From Myxococcota bacterium (GTDB lineage: Bacteria; Myxococcota_A; UBA796; GCA-2862545): a stretch of DNA of 64,000 nucleotides. A model generated the notes under the pieces. The model made no database searches, had not been told where the DNA came from, and saw nothing but the letters and a program-made list of their open reading frames with translations. Location: the NCBI GenBank assembly GCA_039208735.1, contig JBCCQY010000001.1, forward strand, positions 1 to 64,000, written 5' to 3'. Shown here piece by piece: positions 9,431 through 18,138 of this stretch. The position numbers and the translations under genes were made by a program. Position 1 is the stretch's first letter. Every line of letters begins with the position of its first letter.

Positions 9431-11530
9431 ATGCGACTTTGGTTTACTGCGATTTTCGCCGTGGGCTGTGCAGCAAAGACCGCCGGAGTGATGGCTCCGA
9501 TGGCCGACATCCGCCCGAAAGAGCTTCGGATGCACGACGATGTGCGCATTGACAACTACTACTGGCTCAACCAACGCGAAGATCCCGACGTGCTGGCCTA
9601 CCTGAAGGCCGAAAACGCGTTCACCGAGGCTCACATGGCTTCGACGGGGGCGTTGCAGCAAACGTTGTTCGAGGAGTTCAAGGCGCGAATTCCCCAAACC
9701 AACGAGCAGGTGCCATTTCCCGATGGCGATTGGCTGTACTCCTGGCGGGTGGAGGAGGGCAAGGACTACGGGATTCTTTCTCGCCGTCCGCGGGATGGCG
9801 GAGATGAGCAGCTGGTGCTCGACATCAATGCGCTTGCCGAGGACCATGACGGCTACTTTCAGGTCGCAGGGGTCACGGTGAGTCCGGACCATCGGCGCGT
9901 CGCCTACGCGGTCGACACCGTGGGGCGTCGCATCTACACGCTGAACGTGCTCGACCTGGAGACCGGGGAGACCCTGCCCGACACCGTCCCCGGAATCACG
10001 TCGAACCTCGTCTGGGCCAACGACAACGCCACGCTCTTCTACACCTGGCAAGACCCCGAGACCCTGCGCTGGTCGCAGGTGCGGAGGCATCGACTGGGGG
10101 CGGACGTGGCCGACGATGTCGTGGTGCACGACGAAACGGACGACACCTACTGGTGTGGCGTCGGCCGAATGCGATCCGGCGCTTATCTCGAAATCGCGTG
10201 CGATCAGACGCTGGCGAGTGAGGTCCGGGTACTTCCAGCAGATGAGCCTGAAGGCACCTGGCAGGTAGTGGCCCCCCGCGAGCGCGGTCGCGAATACAGT
10301 CTCACCCATCACGGCGACGACTTCTACATCGTGACCAACGATGCAGCGAAGAACTTCCGCCTCATGAAGACGCCCACCCAGCAACCTGGGCGTGAGCATT
10401 GGACGGAGGTGGTCGCCCATCGCGAGGACGTCCTGCTCACCGGGGTTACCGCGTTCGCGCGGCACCTCGTGTTGTTTGAACGCGAAGGGGGGCTTCGTCA
10501 GATGAGGGTGATGGACCTCGAATCTGGCGAGCTTCGCCCCATCGACTTCGGCGAAGCCGCCTATGTGGCCTATGGCAGCACCAATCGAATCTTTGACACG
10601 GGCGTGTTCCGGTACGCCTACCAGTCACCGACGACCCCGCCGAGTGTCTACGAGGTGGACTTCGACACGGGCGAGCGCACGTTGCTCAAGCAAGATGAGA
10701 TGGGCGCGGGCTTTGCTCCCGAAAACTACGTGACCGAGCGATTCCGGGTGGAGGCCCGAGACGGTGCTCAGGTGCCGGTCACGGTGGTGTACCGCAAGGG
10801 GTTGACCATGGATGGGTCGAACCCCCTGCTTGTCAACGGCTACGGCTCCTATGGCTACAGCCAGGATCCTTCCTTTTCGGGCACCCGGATCAGCCTGCTC
10901 GATCGGGGGGTCATCGTGGCCATCGCACACGTTCGAGGAGGCAGCGAGCTTGGCCGTAGCTGGTACGAGGATGGCCGGCAGTTGAAGAAGATGAACACCT
11001 TCACCGACTTCATCGATGTGGGGCAGGCGCTCGTCGATCGCGGCTACACCTCGCCGGACCGTATGGGATGCGAGGGCGGCTCGGCCGGAGGACTCCTCAT
11101 TGGGGCCGTTGTGAACCTCGCACCGGAGCTGTTTTCCGCCGCCCATGCAGCGGTGCCCTTCGTCGATGTGGTGACGACGATGACCGATCCGAGCATCCCG
11201 TTGACGACCGGGGAGTACGATGAGTGGGGCGACCCGCGCGACCCCGTCTATTACGACTACATCAAGTCGTACTCGCCCTATGACAACGTCGGTGAGCATG
11301 ACTACCCCGCTTTGCTCGTGACGGCCGGGCTCCACGACTCACAGGTGCAGTACTTCGAGCCCGCAAAGTGGGTGGCCAAGCTTCGGGCTACCAAAACGGG
11401 CCAGGACGTCCTGTTGTTGAAGACCGAGATGGAGGCTGGTCACTCCGGTGCGGCTGCGCGCGACACGTCGTACCGTGAGACGGCCTTCGAGTACGCCTTC
11501 TTCCTCGATCAATTCCAGATCAGGGAATAG
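9431..11530 (+). CDS. ptrB: Oligopeptidase B (S9A prolyl oligopeptidase family), probable lipoprotein
   Basis: DNYYWL, GYGSYG, AHVRGG, GGSAGG (catalytic Ser), EYDEWGDP, HDSQVQYFEPAKW, MEAGH; lipobox-like FAVGC. Confidence 0.93.
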   Translation: MRLWFTAIFAVGCAAKTAGVMAPMADIRPKELRMHDDVRIDNYYWLNQREDPDVLAYLKAENAFTEAHMASTGALQQTLFEEFKARIPQTNEQVPFPDGDWLYSWRVEEGKDYGILSRRPRDGGDEQLVLDINALAEDHDGYFQVAGVTVSPDHRRVAYAVDTVGRRIYTLNVLDLETGETLPDTVPGITSNLVWANDNATLFYTWQDPETLRWSQVRRHRLGADVADDVVVHDETDDTYWCGVGRMRSGAYLEIACDQTLASEVRVLPADEPEGTWQVVAPRERGREYSLTHHGDDFYIVTNDAAKNFRLMKTPTQQPGREHWTEVVAHREDVLLTGVTAFARHLVLFEREGGLRQMRVMDLESGELRPIDFGEAAYVAYGSTNRIFDTGVFRYAYQSPTTPPSVYEVDFDTGERTLLKQDEMGAGFAPENYVTERFRVEARDGAQVPVTVVYRKGLTMDGSNPLLVNGYGSYGYSQDPSFSGTRISLLDRGVIVAIAHVRGGSELGRSWYEDGRQLKKMNTFTDFIDVGQALVDRGYTSPDRMGCEGGSAGGLLIGAVVNLAPELFSAAHAAVPFVDVVTTMTDPSIPLTTGEYDEWGDPRDPVYYDYIKSYSPYDNVGEHDYPALLVTAGLHDSQVQYFEPAKWVAKLRATKTGQDVLLLKTEMEAGHSGAAARDTSYRETAFEYAFFLDQFQIRE

Positions 11531-11534
11531 TCCA

Positions 11535-11816
11535 CTACTGGGGGCCTTCCCCGATTTCGCCGGCCGGCGCGCCGGGTCCTGCGGGGCCAAGCGCGTAGGT
11601 CACGGTCGAAGGCAGAAGGTTGGAGCCTACGAGGAAGATGCCGTAGTTCCAGCCGCCATCACCGGGATTGGGTCCGGCGCTTGCGCCTGCGGCTCCGGTG
11701 AAGATGTCGCAGTCCGTGGGCTGCAGGACGCCATCGAAGAGGACCGCACCCGCGCTGGGACCGCCAGCGCCGCCACCACCGCGTCCTCCCCGACCTCCGG
11801 TGCCCTTGGCCGCCAT
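11535..11816 (-). pseudogene. Short Gly-rich ORF, probably a remnant of a larger PE-PGRS-like Gly-rich secreted protein
   Basis: GTGGRGGRGGGGAGGPS; an upstream GADGGQ segment lies in a different frame; no signal peptide or clear RBS. Confidence 0.3.
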
Positions 11817-11889
11817 CTGCGCCGGCGAGGTTCCGCCGGGTTATTGGCGAACCTTGATTTCAAGCGATTTCAGGGCGTTGCGGACGCTT

Positions 11890-12738
11890 TCACGACGCTT
11901 CGAGTAGCTGGTCGATGGCCTTGGCGAGCGTTGCTTCGGAGGGAGAGCCGAAGAACACTTGTTGGACGTTCCCGTTGCGATCGAGGAGGAGCATCGTCGG
12001 AAAGGAGTGGATGTGGTACCGGGACTGGGTTTTGCCATCGGGGTCCACGGCGAGTCGGTAGCCCACGCCGTGGCGACGCGCGAAGGCGCGCTGCACGTTG
12101 CCCTGGTCATCGGAGATGCCGATGATGGCAAGGCGCTTTTTGCCCCGATCGGCTTGGAGTCGGGTGAGGTGAGGTACCGCGGCCACGCAGGGCCCACACC
12201 ATGAAGCCCAAAAATCGAGAACCACGACCTTACCTCGCAGTTCTTCCAGATCCACCGGCATTCCGGTTTTCAGGTCAGAGACCTGTAATGAGGGAGGTGG
12301 GCGTCCGATGACGTCGTCAAGGAACGCTTCGAGCGGCCGGGGACGGCTCCCCAAGATGACCGGGAGAACCAGTGTCTGGAACTCGCCCTTCTGGACGCGC
12401 AGCACCTTGATCCGCACGGTGCTGCCCGGGGGCGATTGGCTGACGAGTTGAACGAGCTGGTTGGGGTCGGTAACCGGGGTGTGTTCGAATTCGAGAACCA
12501 CGTCTCCAGGCTTCAATCCAGCTTTCGCGGCGGCTGCATTCGGTAGGACATCGGTGACTGCAGGGGCGGGCGGCTTGTCCATGGCTTGAAGGGCCTGCGT
12601 GGCTTCGGAGGAAGGCACGCCAAGAGCAGCCCCCATGAAGCCCGTTGAGGACTGGGCTTCCCACGGACTAGGGCCCTCGGGACCGGCGGCGAGTGCGGGA
12701 CTTAGGCCTCCCCACAGGAGCCAGATAAGCAGGGTCAT
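11890..12738 (-). CDS. Exported PDZ-domain plus TlpA/ResA-like thioredoxin
   Basis: Signal peptide; PDZ (VLPNAAAAKAGLKPGDVVL); LRGKVVVLDFWASWCGPC; FPTMLLLDRNG. Confidence 0.88.
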   Translation of the reverse strand: MTLLIWLLWGGLSPALAAGPEGPSPWEAQSSTGFMGAALGVPSSEATQALQAMDKPPAPAVTDVLPNAAAAKAGLKPGDVVLEFEHTPVTDPNQLVQLVSQSPPGSTVRIKVLRVQKGEFQTLVLPVILGSRPRPLEAFLDDVIGRPPPSLQVSDLKTGMPVDLEELRGKVVVLDFWASWCGPCVAAVPHLTRLQADRGKKRLAIIGISDDQGNVQRAFARRHGVGYRLAVDPDGKTQSRYHIHSFPTMLLLDRNGNVQQVFFGSPSEATLAKAIDQLLEAS

Positions 12739-12780
12739 GCGTGCGTGTACACGGCTCGGTTGGGTGGCGCAAGCCTTGGC

Positions 12781-13338
12781 TTACTCGTCGTCGGGCGGGT
12801 GGGGGAGGCGTTCGGGATCGAGCGTTGGCCCCCCTCGCGAAAAGCCCGCCTCCCGATTGAAACGCGCTTCGAGGTCGGGAAGGTCGCGAAAGGTGGCCCA
12901 AGGCTCGAAGGTGCCCTGCTGGGTGAAGACGCGAATCGACCGCCTCGCGACACGCCGAGCGGTATGCGAAACATGTACGTGCGTCGTGGTTTCGTACAGG
13001 ATGGCCTGGTCGACGGGCAAGCCGGCTTCGATCATCTCGACGAGAATCAGCCAGGCACCAAGCCGGTCATGGTCCATCGGACGTAGGTCGGCCGCTTCGC
13101 CACGCAAGTGTTGGCTCGATCGGGACCCCCCCGCGTCTTGATTGACCAACGGGGAACGGTAGCCCGAGGTGATCTCGAGGCGGCCAACCTTCTCACGAAG
13201 GGGCTCCAGCACTGCGGAACACAACGCCTTCAATGCACATCGGGCCTCCGCCGTGGGCACATTCGCGTGTGGCGAACTGGTCTTGGTGAGTTCGGTGATC
13301 TTGAAATTCGGCGTCAGATGATCTGGACCAAGTGGCAA
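12781..13338 (-). CDS. Peptidase M15 family (D-Ala-D-Ala carboxypeptidase-like) Zn peptidase
   Basis: LTPNFKITELT, VLEPLRE, ITSGYRSPLVN, SQHLRGEAAD, HVHVS; TTG start after AGAGGG inferred. Confidence 0.85.
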   Translation of the reverse strand: MPLGPDHLTPNFKITELTKTSSPHANVPTAEARCALKALCSAVLEPLREKVGRLEITSGYRSPLVNQDAGGSRSSQHLRGEAADLRPMDHDRLGAWLILVEMIEAGLPVDQAILYETTTHVHVSHTARRVARRSIRVFTQQGTFEPWATFRDLPDLEARFNREAGFSRGGPTLDPERLPHPPDDE

Positions 13339-13537
13339 GAGTCCCTCTACGTAAACGGTCAAACCCGAATTGACATAGGCCTGCACGACGAGCAAGCCGA
13401 GTGGGTTCACACCCTGTGGCAGCCGCACCCAATACAGATTCAATACGAATGTAGCAGGAGGTTCGTTCAAGACGCTGAAGGTAGCGGAGTTTGGACGTTC
13501 AGCATGGACTCGTTGAGCCGCCTGCTTACAGGGGGGC

Positions 13538-14464
13538 ATGCGAATCCAGGACCTTCAACTGCTCGTGCACGTCGCCGAGAGCGGATCGATGACGCTGGCC
13601 GCGCGTCAGCTGCGACAGACCCCCGCGGCAGTCAGCGGCACCGTCCAGCGCATCGAGGAGCGACTCGGCGTTCGGCTGTTTGAACGAACCACGCGTTCGG
13701 TTCACCTCACAGACGAAGGCGAGATCGTCATCGAAGGCTGCCGCAAGATGCTCGCCCAGTGGCAGAGCGTGCTCGATGATACCCGGGACCATCAGACCGA
13801 TCTGCAAGGTACCGTGCACCTTTCGGCCCCCGCGGATACCACCTACGGCTGCCTGCAGTCCGTGGTCATCGAGCTGTGTGCCCGCCACCCAGGCTTGAGG
13901 GTCGTGTTCGATGTAAGCGATGCGGTTCAGCACCTTCACCGCGATGCGATCGATTTAGCGATTCGCTACGGTTCACTCAAGGACAGCTCGTTGACCGCAC
14001 GAAAGTTGGTGGCCTTGCCGAACCTGCTCGTGGCGTCGCCCGACTACCTCGAACAGCACGGGGTTCCTGAGTCGTTGGACGCCATCCAAGCGCATCGGTG
14101 TCTTACCTTGCAACGCGCCAACGAACCCACCGTCTCGTGGTGTTTCGAGCAGGGGGATCGTACACGTACGATAGAGATTTCAAGTCCCCTGTGCGGAGAT
14201 GGCTATCTCGTGCGGCAATGGGCGGTGGCCGGGTTGGGGTTGGCCCTGAAGAATCTCTTCGATGTGATCGATGACCTCGAAGCAGGTCGGCTGGTCCGGG
14301 TGCTTCCGGCTTACACGGGGTCTGAACAACCGATCCACGTGGTGTTTCCGAGTCGCCGCTTTCTTCCAGCCCGCACGCGCGCGCTCGATGCGGCCATTAC
14401 GGAGCGGTTCGCATCCCGAGCGGCCCGGTGTCGGACTTGGTTATCGGCCGACGAAAATGCCTAA
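13538..14464 (+). CDS. LysR-family transcriptional regulator
   Basis: GSMTLAARQL...IEERLGVRLFERTTRSVHLTDEG helix-turn-helix; DLAIRYG; LVASPDYL. Confidence 0.95.
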   Translation: MRIQDLQLLVHVAESGSMTLAARQLRQTPAAVSGTVQRIEERLGVRLFERTTRSVHLTDEGEIVIEGCRKMLAQWQSVLDDTRDHQTDLQGTVHLSAPADTTYGCLQSVVIELCARHPGLRVVFDVSDAVQHLHRDAIDLAIRYGSLKDSSLTARKLVALPNLLVASPDYLEQHGVPESLDAIQAHRCLTLQRANEPTVSWCFEQGDRTRTIEISSPLCGDGYLVRQWAVAGLGLALKNLFDVIDDLEAGRLVRVLPAYTGSEQPIHVVFPSRRFLPARTRALDAAITERFASRAARCRTWLSADENA

Positions 14465-14766
14465 GACGCCAGGTCATCCTTGCCTTCGATCAGCACATGG
14501 TGGCTAACCGACCCCTGGGTTCGAGCTTGCAAGTGCGCCTGGTACTCCGGATCCTTCATGAAGGAAATCGCCGCTTCCTTGGATGGCCATTCGATAATGA
14601 TGCGTAACGCGACACCCGGACCCTCCCCCTCGAGCCGTTCGTGGCTTGCCGTTCGTGCGACGTAGGTCCCACCGTGCTTCGTCACCAGCCGATTCGCGGC
14701 GGGTAGATAGTCTGGGATCCACGCATCGTTCGTCGGGGTGACTTCAAGAACCGAATAGTGTGCCAT
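14461..14766 (-). CDS. DUF1330 domain protein
   Basis: LVTKHGGTYVAR...IIIEWPSKEAAISFMKDPEYQAHLQAR; GGAG RBS. Confidence 0.85.
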   Translation of the reverse strand: MAHYSVLEVTPTNDAWIPDYLPAANRLVTKHGGTYVARTASHERLEGEGPGVALRIIIEWPSKEAAISFMKDPEYQAHLQARTQGSVSHHVLIEGKDDLAS

Positions 14767-14811
14767 GGGCTCCTCCGAGTGTGACACTATCTATCCGTTG
14801 ATTGAAGCGTG

Positions 14812-14857
14812 ACTATTCGGGGTTTGCGTTAAGACTATTCGACGTTTCTTGAGAGTG
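14812..14857 (-). promoter_or_regulatory. Putative LysR-type operator upstream of the DUF1330 gene
   Basis: AT-rich imperfect dyad ACTCTCAA-N6-TCGAATAGT on the minus strand, plus a second CGAATAGTC copy about 23 bp away. Confidence 0.4.
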
Positions 14858-14927
14858 GCTTCCGCCTTTTGGGTGGACAGGCGGCGTGCTGCGTCCCATG
14901 ATGCGCGTGCTGCACCCTGGAGCCCCC

Positions 14928-16583
14928 ATGTGGATGCTTGCTGTCTTGTCTGCACCCGGTTTGGCCCAGTCTCCGCCTCTTCTCGAGAACTTCGATTGTA
15001 GCGAGGACGCTGCGTTCGGGCAGCCCGCGGGACGTTGGGGATGGTTCGCATTTCGCGGGGGCACCGATCCGTGGACGACCGAGGATCATGACGGCGTGTC
15101 GCCCACGACCGACGACGCGGTCGGAGGGTTTGGCGGAGGCGTCGACGCCTACGAAAACTTCCTTTTGACCGGCGATGCGACGTGGAATGACGCGGTCATC
15201 GAAACCACTGCAACCTGTGGCGACAACGACCATCTGGGTCTGGTGGCGCGGTTCGAAGATGCTGGCCACTACTACATGTGCGCCCTGACCAACGACAGGG
15301 CGCCTAGTTGCGTGGCCGATGGGGCCATCGTGGCCCCAGGCATGCGGATCTATCGGGTCAATACCGACATTCCGTGCGCAGATGACTACGTGGTGGCCTC
15401 AGACCTCACGTTTTCGTACTCCACCGGTGTGCCGCTGCGGCTGCGGTTGCGGGTGGAGCAGGTGGGAGCCGACACGGTGGTCACCTGCACGGCGGACCGC
15501 GGCGGTGATGGGCTCGATGTGGGTGACGACCTGGTGCTGCAGTACACCGACACGGACGGGCTCGCGAGCGGACAGGTCGGCTTGGCGAGTTTCGACAATG
15601 GCGAAGCCGAGCTGCTGGTGTTTGATGATGTCCGGGTGCAGCCGCTGGACCCCGACCAAGATTTGGATGGGGCGACCGACGCGGTCGAAGCCCAGGTGGG
15701 CACGGATCCCAAAGACCCGGACTCGGACGACGATGGCCTGCTCGATGGCCTCGAGATTGGATATCCGGCGTTCCCCTACGACACCGACGGTGACGGGTTC
15801 GTGGATGCGCAGGAGTCCGACAGCGATGATGACACCATCTTAGACGGCGTAGAAGCCGGTCCTGGGCTGGTGCCCTTCGACACCGACTGTGATGGGCTAC
15901 CGGACCATCGCGACCTCGACTCCGACAATGACGGGGTCGACGATCGCGACGACAATTGCCGCCAGGTGCCCAATCCCGACCAGGCGGACGAAGATTTGGA
16001 TGGGGTGGGGGATGTGTGCGCGGTCGATACCGATGGCGACGGGCTTTCCGATTCCTTCGAACGCCAAGTGACGGGTACGAATCCTGACCTTGCGGACACC
16101 GATGGCGATGGTCTCGACGACGGGGCCGAGCTGCGGAAGTTCGGGACCGACCCCCTCGATGCCGACACCGATGGCGGAGGGGTTCCCGATGGGGACGAAG
16201 TGCAGTCCGGCACAAATCCCCTCGATCCCAAGGACGACGATCTCGAAAACGCCGATCCTGACGGCGACGGGTTGGTCAACGCCGATGAGGACCGTCTCGG
16301 AACCGATCCACTCAACCCCGATACGGATTCGGACGGGCTGCTCGATGGGGAAGAGGTCTCGGTTCATGGCACCGATCCGCTCGATGCCGACTCCGATGGC
16401 GGAGGCCTCGGCGATGGGGACGAGGTGGCGGTCAACCTTGACCCGTTGGACCCTTCCGACGATTTGTCGGGTGAGTATCTGGGGGGACCCTGCGTCGGAT
16501 GCCAGTCGGGTGGTGCCGCTCCGTTCGGACTGTTGGGGCTTTGGGGGCTGGTCGGGCTTCGTCGACGCGGAGGCCAAGCATGA
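14928..16583 (+). CDS. Cell-surface protein: N-terminal lectin-like beta-sandwich, Ca-binding DxDxDG (TSP type-3-like) repeats, MYXO-CTERM-like tail
   Basis: Signal peptide; more than 10 [14 protein letters not shown] repeats including [13 protein letters not shown]; ends [26 protein letters not shown]. Confidence 0.85.
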   Translation: MWMLAVLSAPGLAQSPPLLENFDCSEDAAFGQPAGRWGWFAFRGGTDPWTTEDHDGVSPTTDDAVGGFGGGVDAYENFLLTGDATWNDAVIETTATCGDNDHLGLVARFEDAGHYYMCALTNDRAPSCVADGAIVAPGMRIYRVNTDIPCADDYVVASDLTFSYSTGVPLRLRLRVEQVGADTVVTCTADRGGDGLDVGDDLVLQYTDTDGLASGQVGLASFDNGEAELLVFDDVRVQPLDPDQDLDGATDAVEAQVGTDPKDPDSDDDGLLDGLEIGYPAFPYDTDGDGFVDAQESDSDDDTILDGVEAGPGLVPFDTDCDGLPDHRDLDSDNDGVDDRDDNCRQVPNPDQADEDLDGVGDVCAVDTDGDGLSDSFERQVTGTNPDLADTDGDGLDDGAELRKFGTDPLDADTDGGGVPDGDEVQSGTNPLDPKDDDLENADPDGDGLVNADEDRLGTDPLNPDTDSDGLLDGEEVSVHGTDPLDADSDGGGLGDGDEVAVNLDPLDPSDDLSGEYLGGPCVGCQSGGAAPFGLLGLWGLVGLRRRGGQA

Positions 16584-17770
16584 TCGCGTGGTGGGGCGTA
16601 CCGTTGGCCTTGGCACAGGCTCCCGTACGATTCGGTGAGGTGCCGAACCTCGACGCCCAGTTGTTTCGCCCTTCGTTGGACCGATCGTCGCTCATGACCG
16701 TCGATGTGGGGGAGCGCTCGGCGCCCGGCGTGGGGGTCCAGCTGATGATCGGCTACCACGACGACGTGTTGACCTACACCCAAGGGTCACGCCGGGTGCG
16801 CATCGTGGGCGAACTCGTCCAGGCGAATTTCATGGCGGCCTTTGCCGCGGGCCCGGTCCGCGTGGGGCTAGACGTCCCACTGGGGGTTGCGGAAGGCGAT
16901 GCCCTGCCCAGCCAGGCGAGCATCGGCGATGGCGCACTCGATGTGCGGTTGACGCTCACGCGAGCCGAGTCGCCTGTCGACGTCGCGCTCCAGGGGCGTG
17001 CCACCGCACCTACCTCGACCTACGAAGCGGGTTTGGGCTGGACGAAGCCGACGGGCAGCGTCGCCTTTGCGGTCAGCCGGAGGTTTGGCAAGCTGCTCGG
17101 GGCGCTCAATCTGGGGTGGCGCATCCAGCCGCGGGTCGAACTTGAGAATGTGGTCGTTGACGACGGGGTCGAGGGCCGCCTGGGGCTCGCCTATCGGTTC
17201 AGCGAGGCGTTCGTCGCCAGCGTCGAAGGCACAGCCCGGCTGGACCCAACCGACCCGCTGGCCAACCGTGCGACCTCGCCCGCCGAGCTTCTCGTTGCGA
17301 TGCGAACGCGGTTTGCGCCGGATGCGTACCTCCGCTTGGGGGCCGGGCGTGGCGTCACCGCAGGGATTGGTTCGCCCGACGTGCGGCTCGTGGCGGGCAT
17401 TGAATACCAGCCGACCCGTGGTGACCAACGCGCCTCCACATCGCCTCCACCAGAAGAGGCGCTGGCTCCGTTCATCGACACCGGCCGGCGAGCGTGGGTG
17501 CCGGTGCGACTTGCGAGAACGACGGGCGAGGGCCCCGATGGCGAGATCGAGGGTACGCCGGTTCGCTTCGACCTCTCTCGGATTGGGGTACGCCTGGATA
17601 CCCGGGGCCCCTCTCGTTGCGGCACGGACCGACGATGCGTGCTGTGGTTCGACGGGATGCTGTTTCGCGAGGGTGAAGCGCTGCGCCTGGTCATCCATCG
17701 GGTGGGAGACCGGGCCCCCGCCAACGCAATTCCTCGATGGGTCACCGACATTAGCGGCATGGCGCGTTGA
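16580..17770 (+). CDS. Putative outer-membrane beta-barrel protein (resembles the barrel of myxobacterial OmpA/TraB-like proteins, without an OmpA domain)
   Basis: ATGA overlap with the upstream gene; [12 protein letters not shown]; alternating amphipathic strands; [23 protein letters not shown] barrel end. Confidence 0.65.
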   Translation: MIAWWGVPLALAQAPVRFGEVPNLDAQLFRPSLDRSSLMTVDVGERSAPGVGVQLMIGYHDDVLTYTQGSRRVRIVGELVQANFMAAFAAGPVRVGLDVPLGVAEGDALPSQASIGDGALDVRLTLTRAESPVDVALQGRATAPTSTYEAGLGWTKPTGSVAFAVSRRFGKLLGALNLGWRIQPRVELENVVVDDGVEGRLGLAYRFSEAFVASVEGTARLDPTDPLANRATSPAELLVAMRTRFAPDAYLRLGAGRGVTAGIGSPDVRLVAGIEYQPTRGDQRASTSPPPEEALAPFIDTGRRAWVPVRLARTTGEGPDGEIEGTPVRFDLSRIGVRLDTRGPSRCGTDRRCVLWFDGMLFREGEALRLVIHRVGDRAPANAIPRWVTDISGMAR

Positions 17771-17827
17771 CGCGCGATGTGGCGCGTTGTCGTAACGCCA
17801 ATGGACCCATTCTCTAGGGTAGAGCCA

Positions 17828-17844
17828 TTGGCACGCCATGTGCA
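17828..17844 (+). promoter_or_regulatory. Sigma54 (-24/-12) promoter
   Basis: TTGGCACGCCATGTGCA: GG at 17830-31 and GC at 17842-43, exactly 10 nt apart, with an intact TGGCACG core; intergenic and pointing into the tRNA-like RNA. Confidence 0.75.
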
Positions 17845-17914
17845 GAACCCGGAACCGCACGGCTTAGGCGGCTCACCTTCCCCCGGTCTCGTCCGGATCT
17901 CGGGTCGGCTTGGT

Positions 17915-18039
17915 GGGTCCCGCGCATTGGGCGGTGTAGTCACTCCACAGGTCGCAAGTTCAAGTCTTGCAGCGCCATCGGCGCTTAGCTCAGTCGGTAG
18001 AGCAGTGGGCTTAAAACCCAAACCCTATGTCCCGCGGCC
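17915..18039 (+). ncRNA. Circularly permuted tRNA-like RNA (YrlA-type Y RNA architecture); ends approximate
   Basis: TCCAC 17944-48; variable loop AGGTC; T arm GCAAG-TTCAAGT-CTTGC 17954-70; acceptor AGCGCC-ATC-GGCGCT 17971-85 closed as a hairpin; TA; D arm GCTC-AGTCGGTA-GAGC 17988-18003; A; GTGGG 18005-09 pairs with TCCAC. Outer stem CCGCG/CGCGG and CATTGGG/CCCTATG. Confidence 0.75.
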
Positions 18040-18076
18040 GGTCATCTCGGCTCCTCCGAGCTCAAAGAGGCCTTGA

Positions 18077-18100
18077 GGCGCGTTCGTTTCGAGACGCGCC
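18077..18100. terminator. GC-rich hairpin between the ncRNA and the convergent iorB-like gene (possible terminator)
   Basis: GGCGCGT-TCG-TTT-CGA-G-ACGCGCC; no clear U-tract on either strand. Confidence 0.4.
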
Positions 18101-18138
18101 CCGCCTTGAGAGCAGGATGTCCCGCCGCGGGACGCCCT

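Noticed and set aside
13341..13537. 6S RNA on the minus strand
   Set aside because: Length and some end-to-end pairing are suggestive. However, the usual zapA / 5-formyl-THF cyclo-ligase context is absent, its promoter would sit inside the LysR gene, and the pairing favours the plus strand. A covariance search is needed.
15640..16460. CRISPR-like or DNA-level repeat array
   Set aside because: The repeats are degenerate codons for DxDxDG protein repeats. There are no identical repeats with unique spacers and no cas genes.
17944..18020. att-site tRNA fragment left by an integrative element
   Set aside because: Integration leaves a duplicated tRNA end, not two complementary halves fused 73-to-1 inside an outer stem. 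No integrase is present in the window.
17979..18050. Canonical tRNA-Leu(TAA) gene
   Set aside because: The 5' half and anticodon loop are present, but no T arm or acceptor 3' strand follows. Those elements lie upstream, so this is not a linear tRNA gene.
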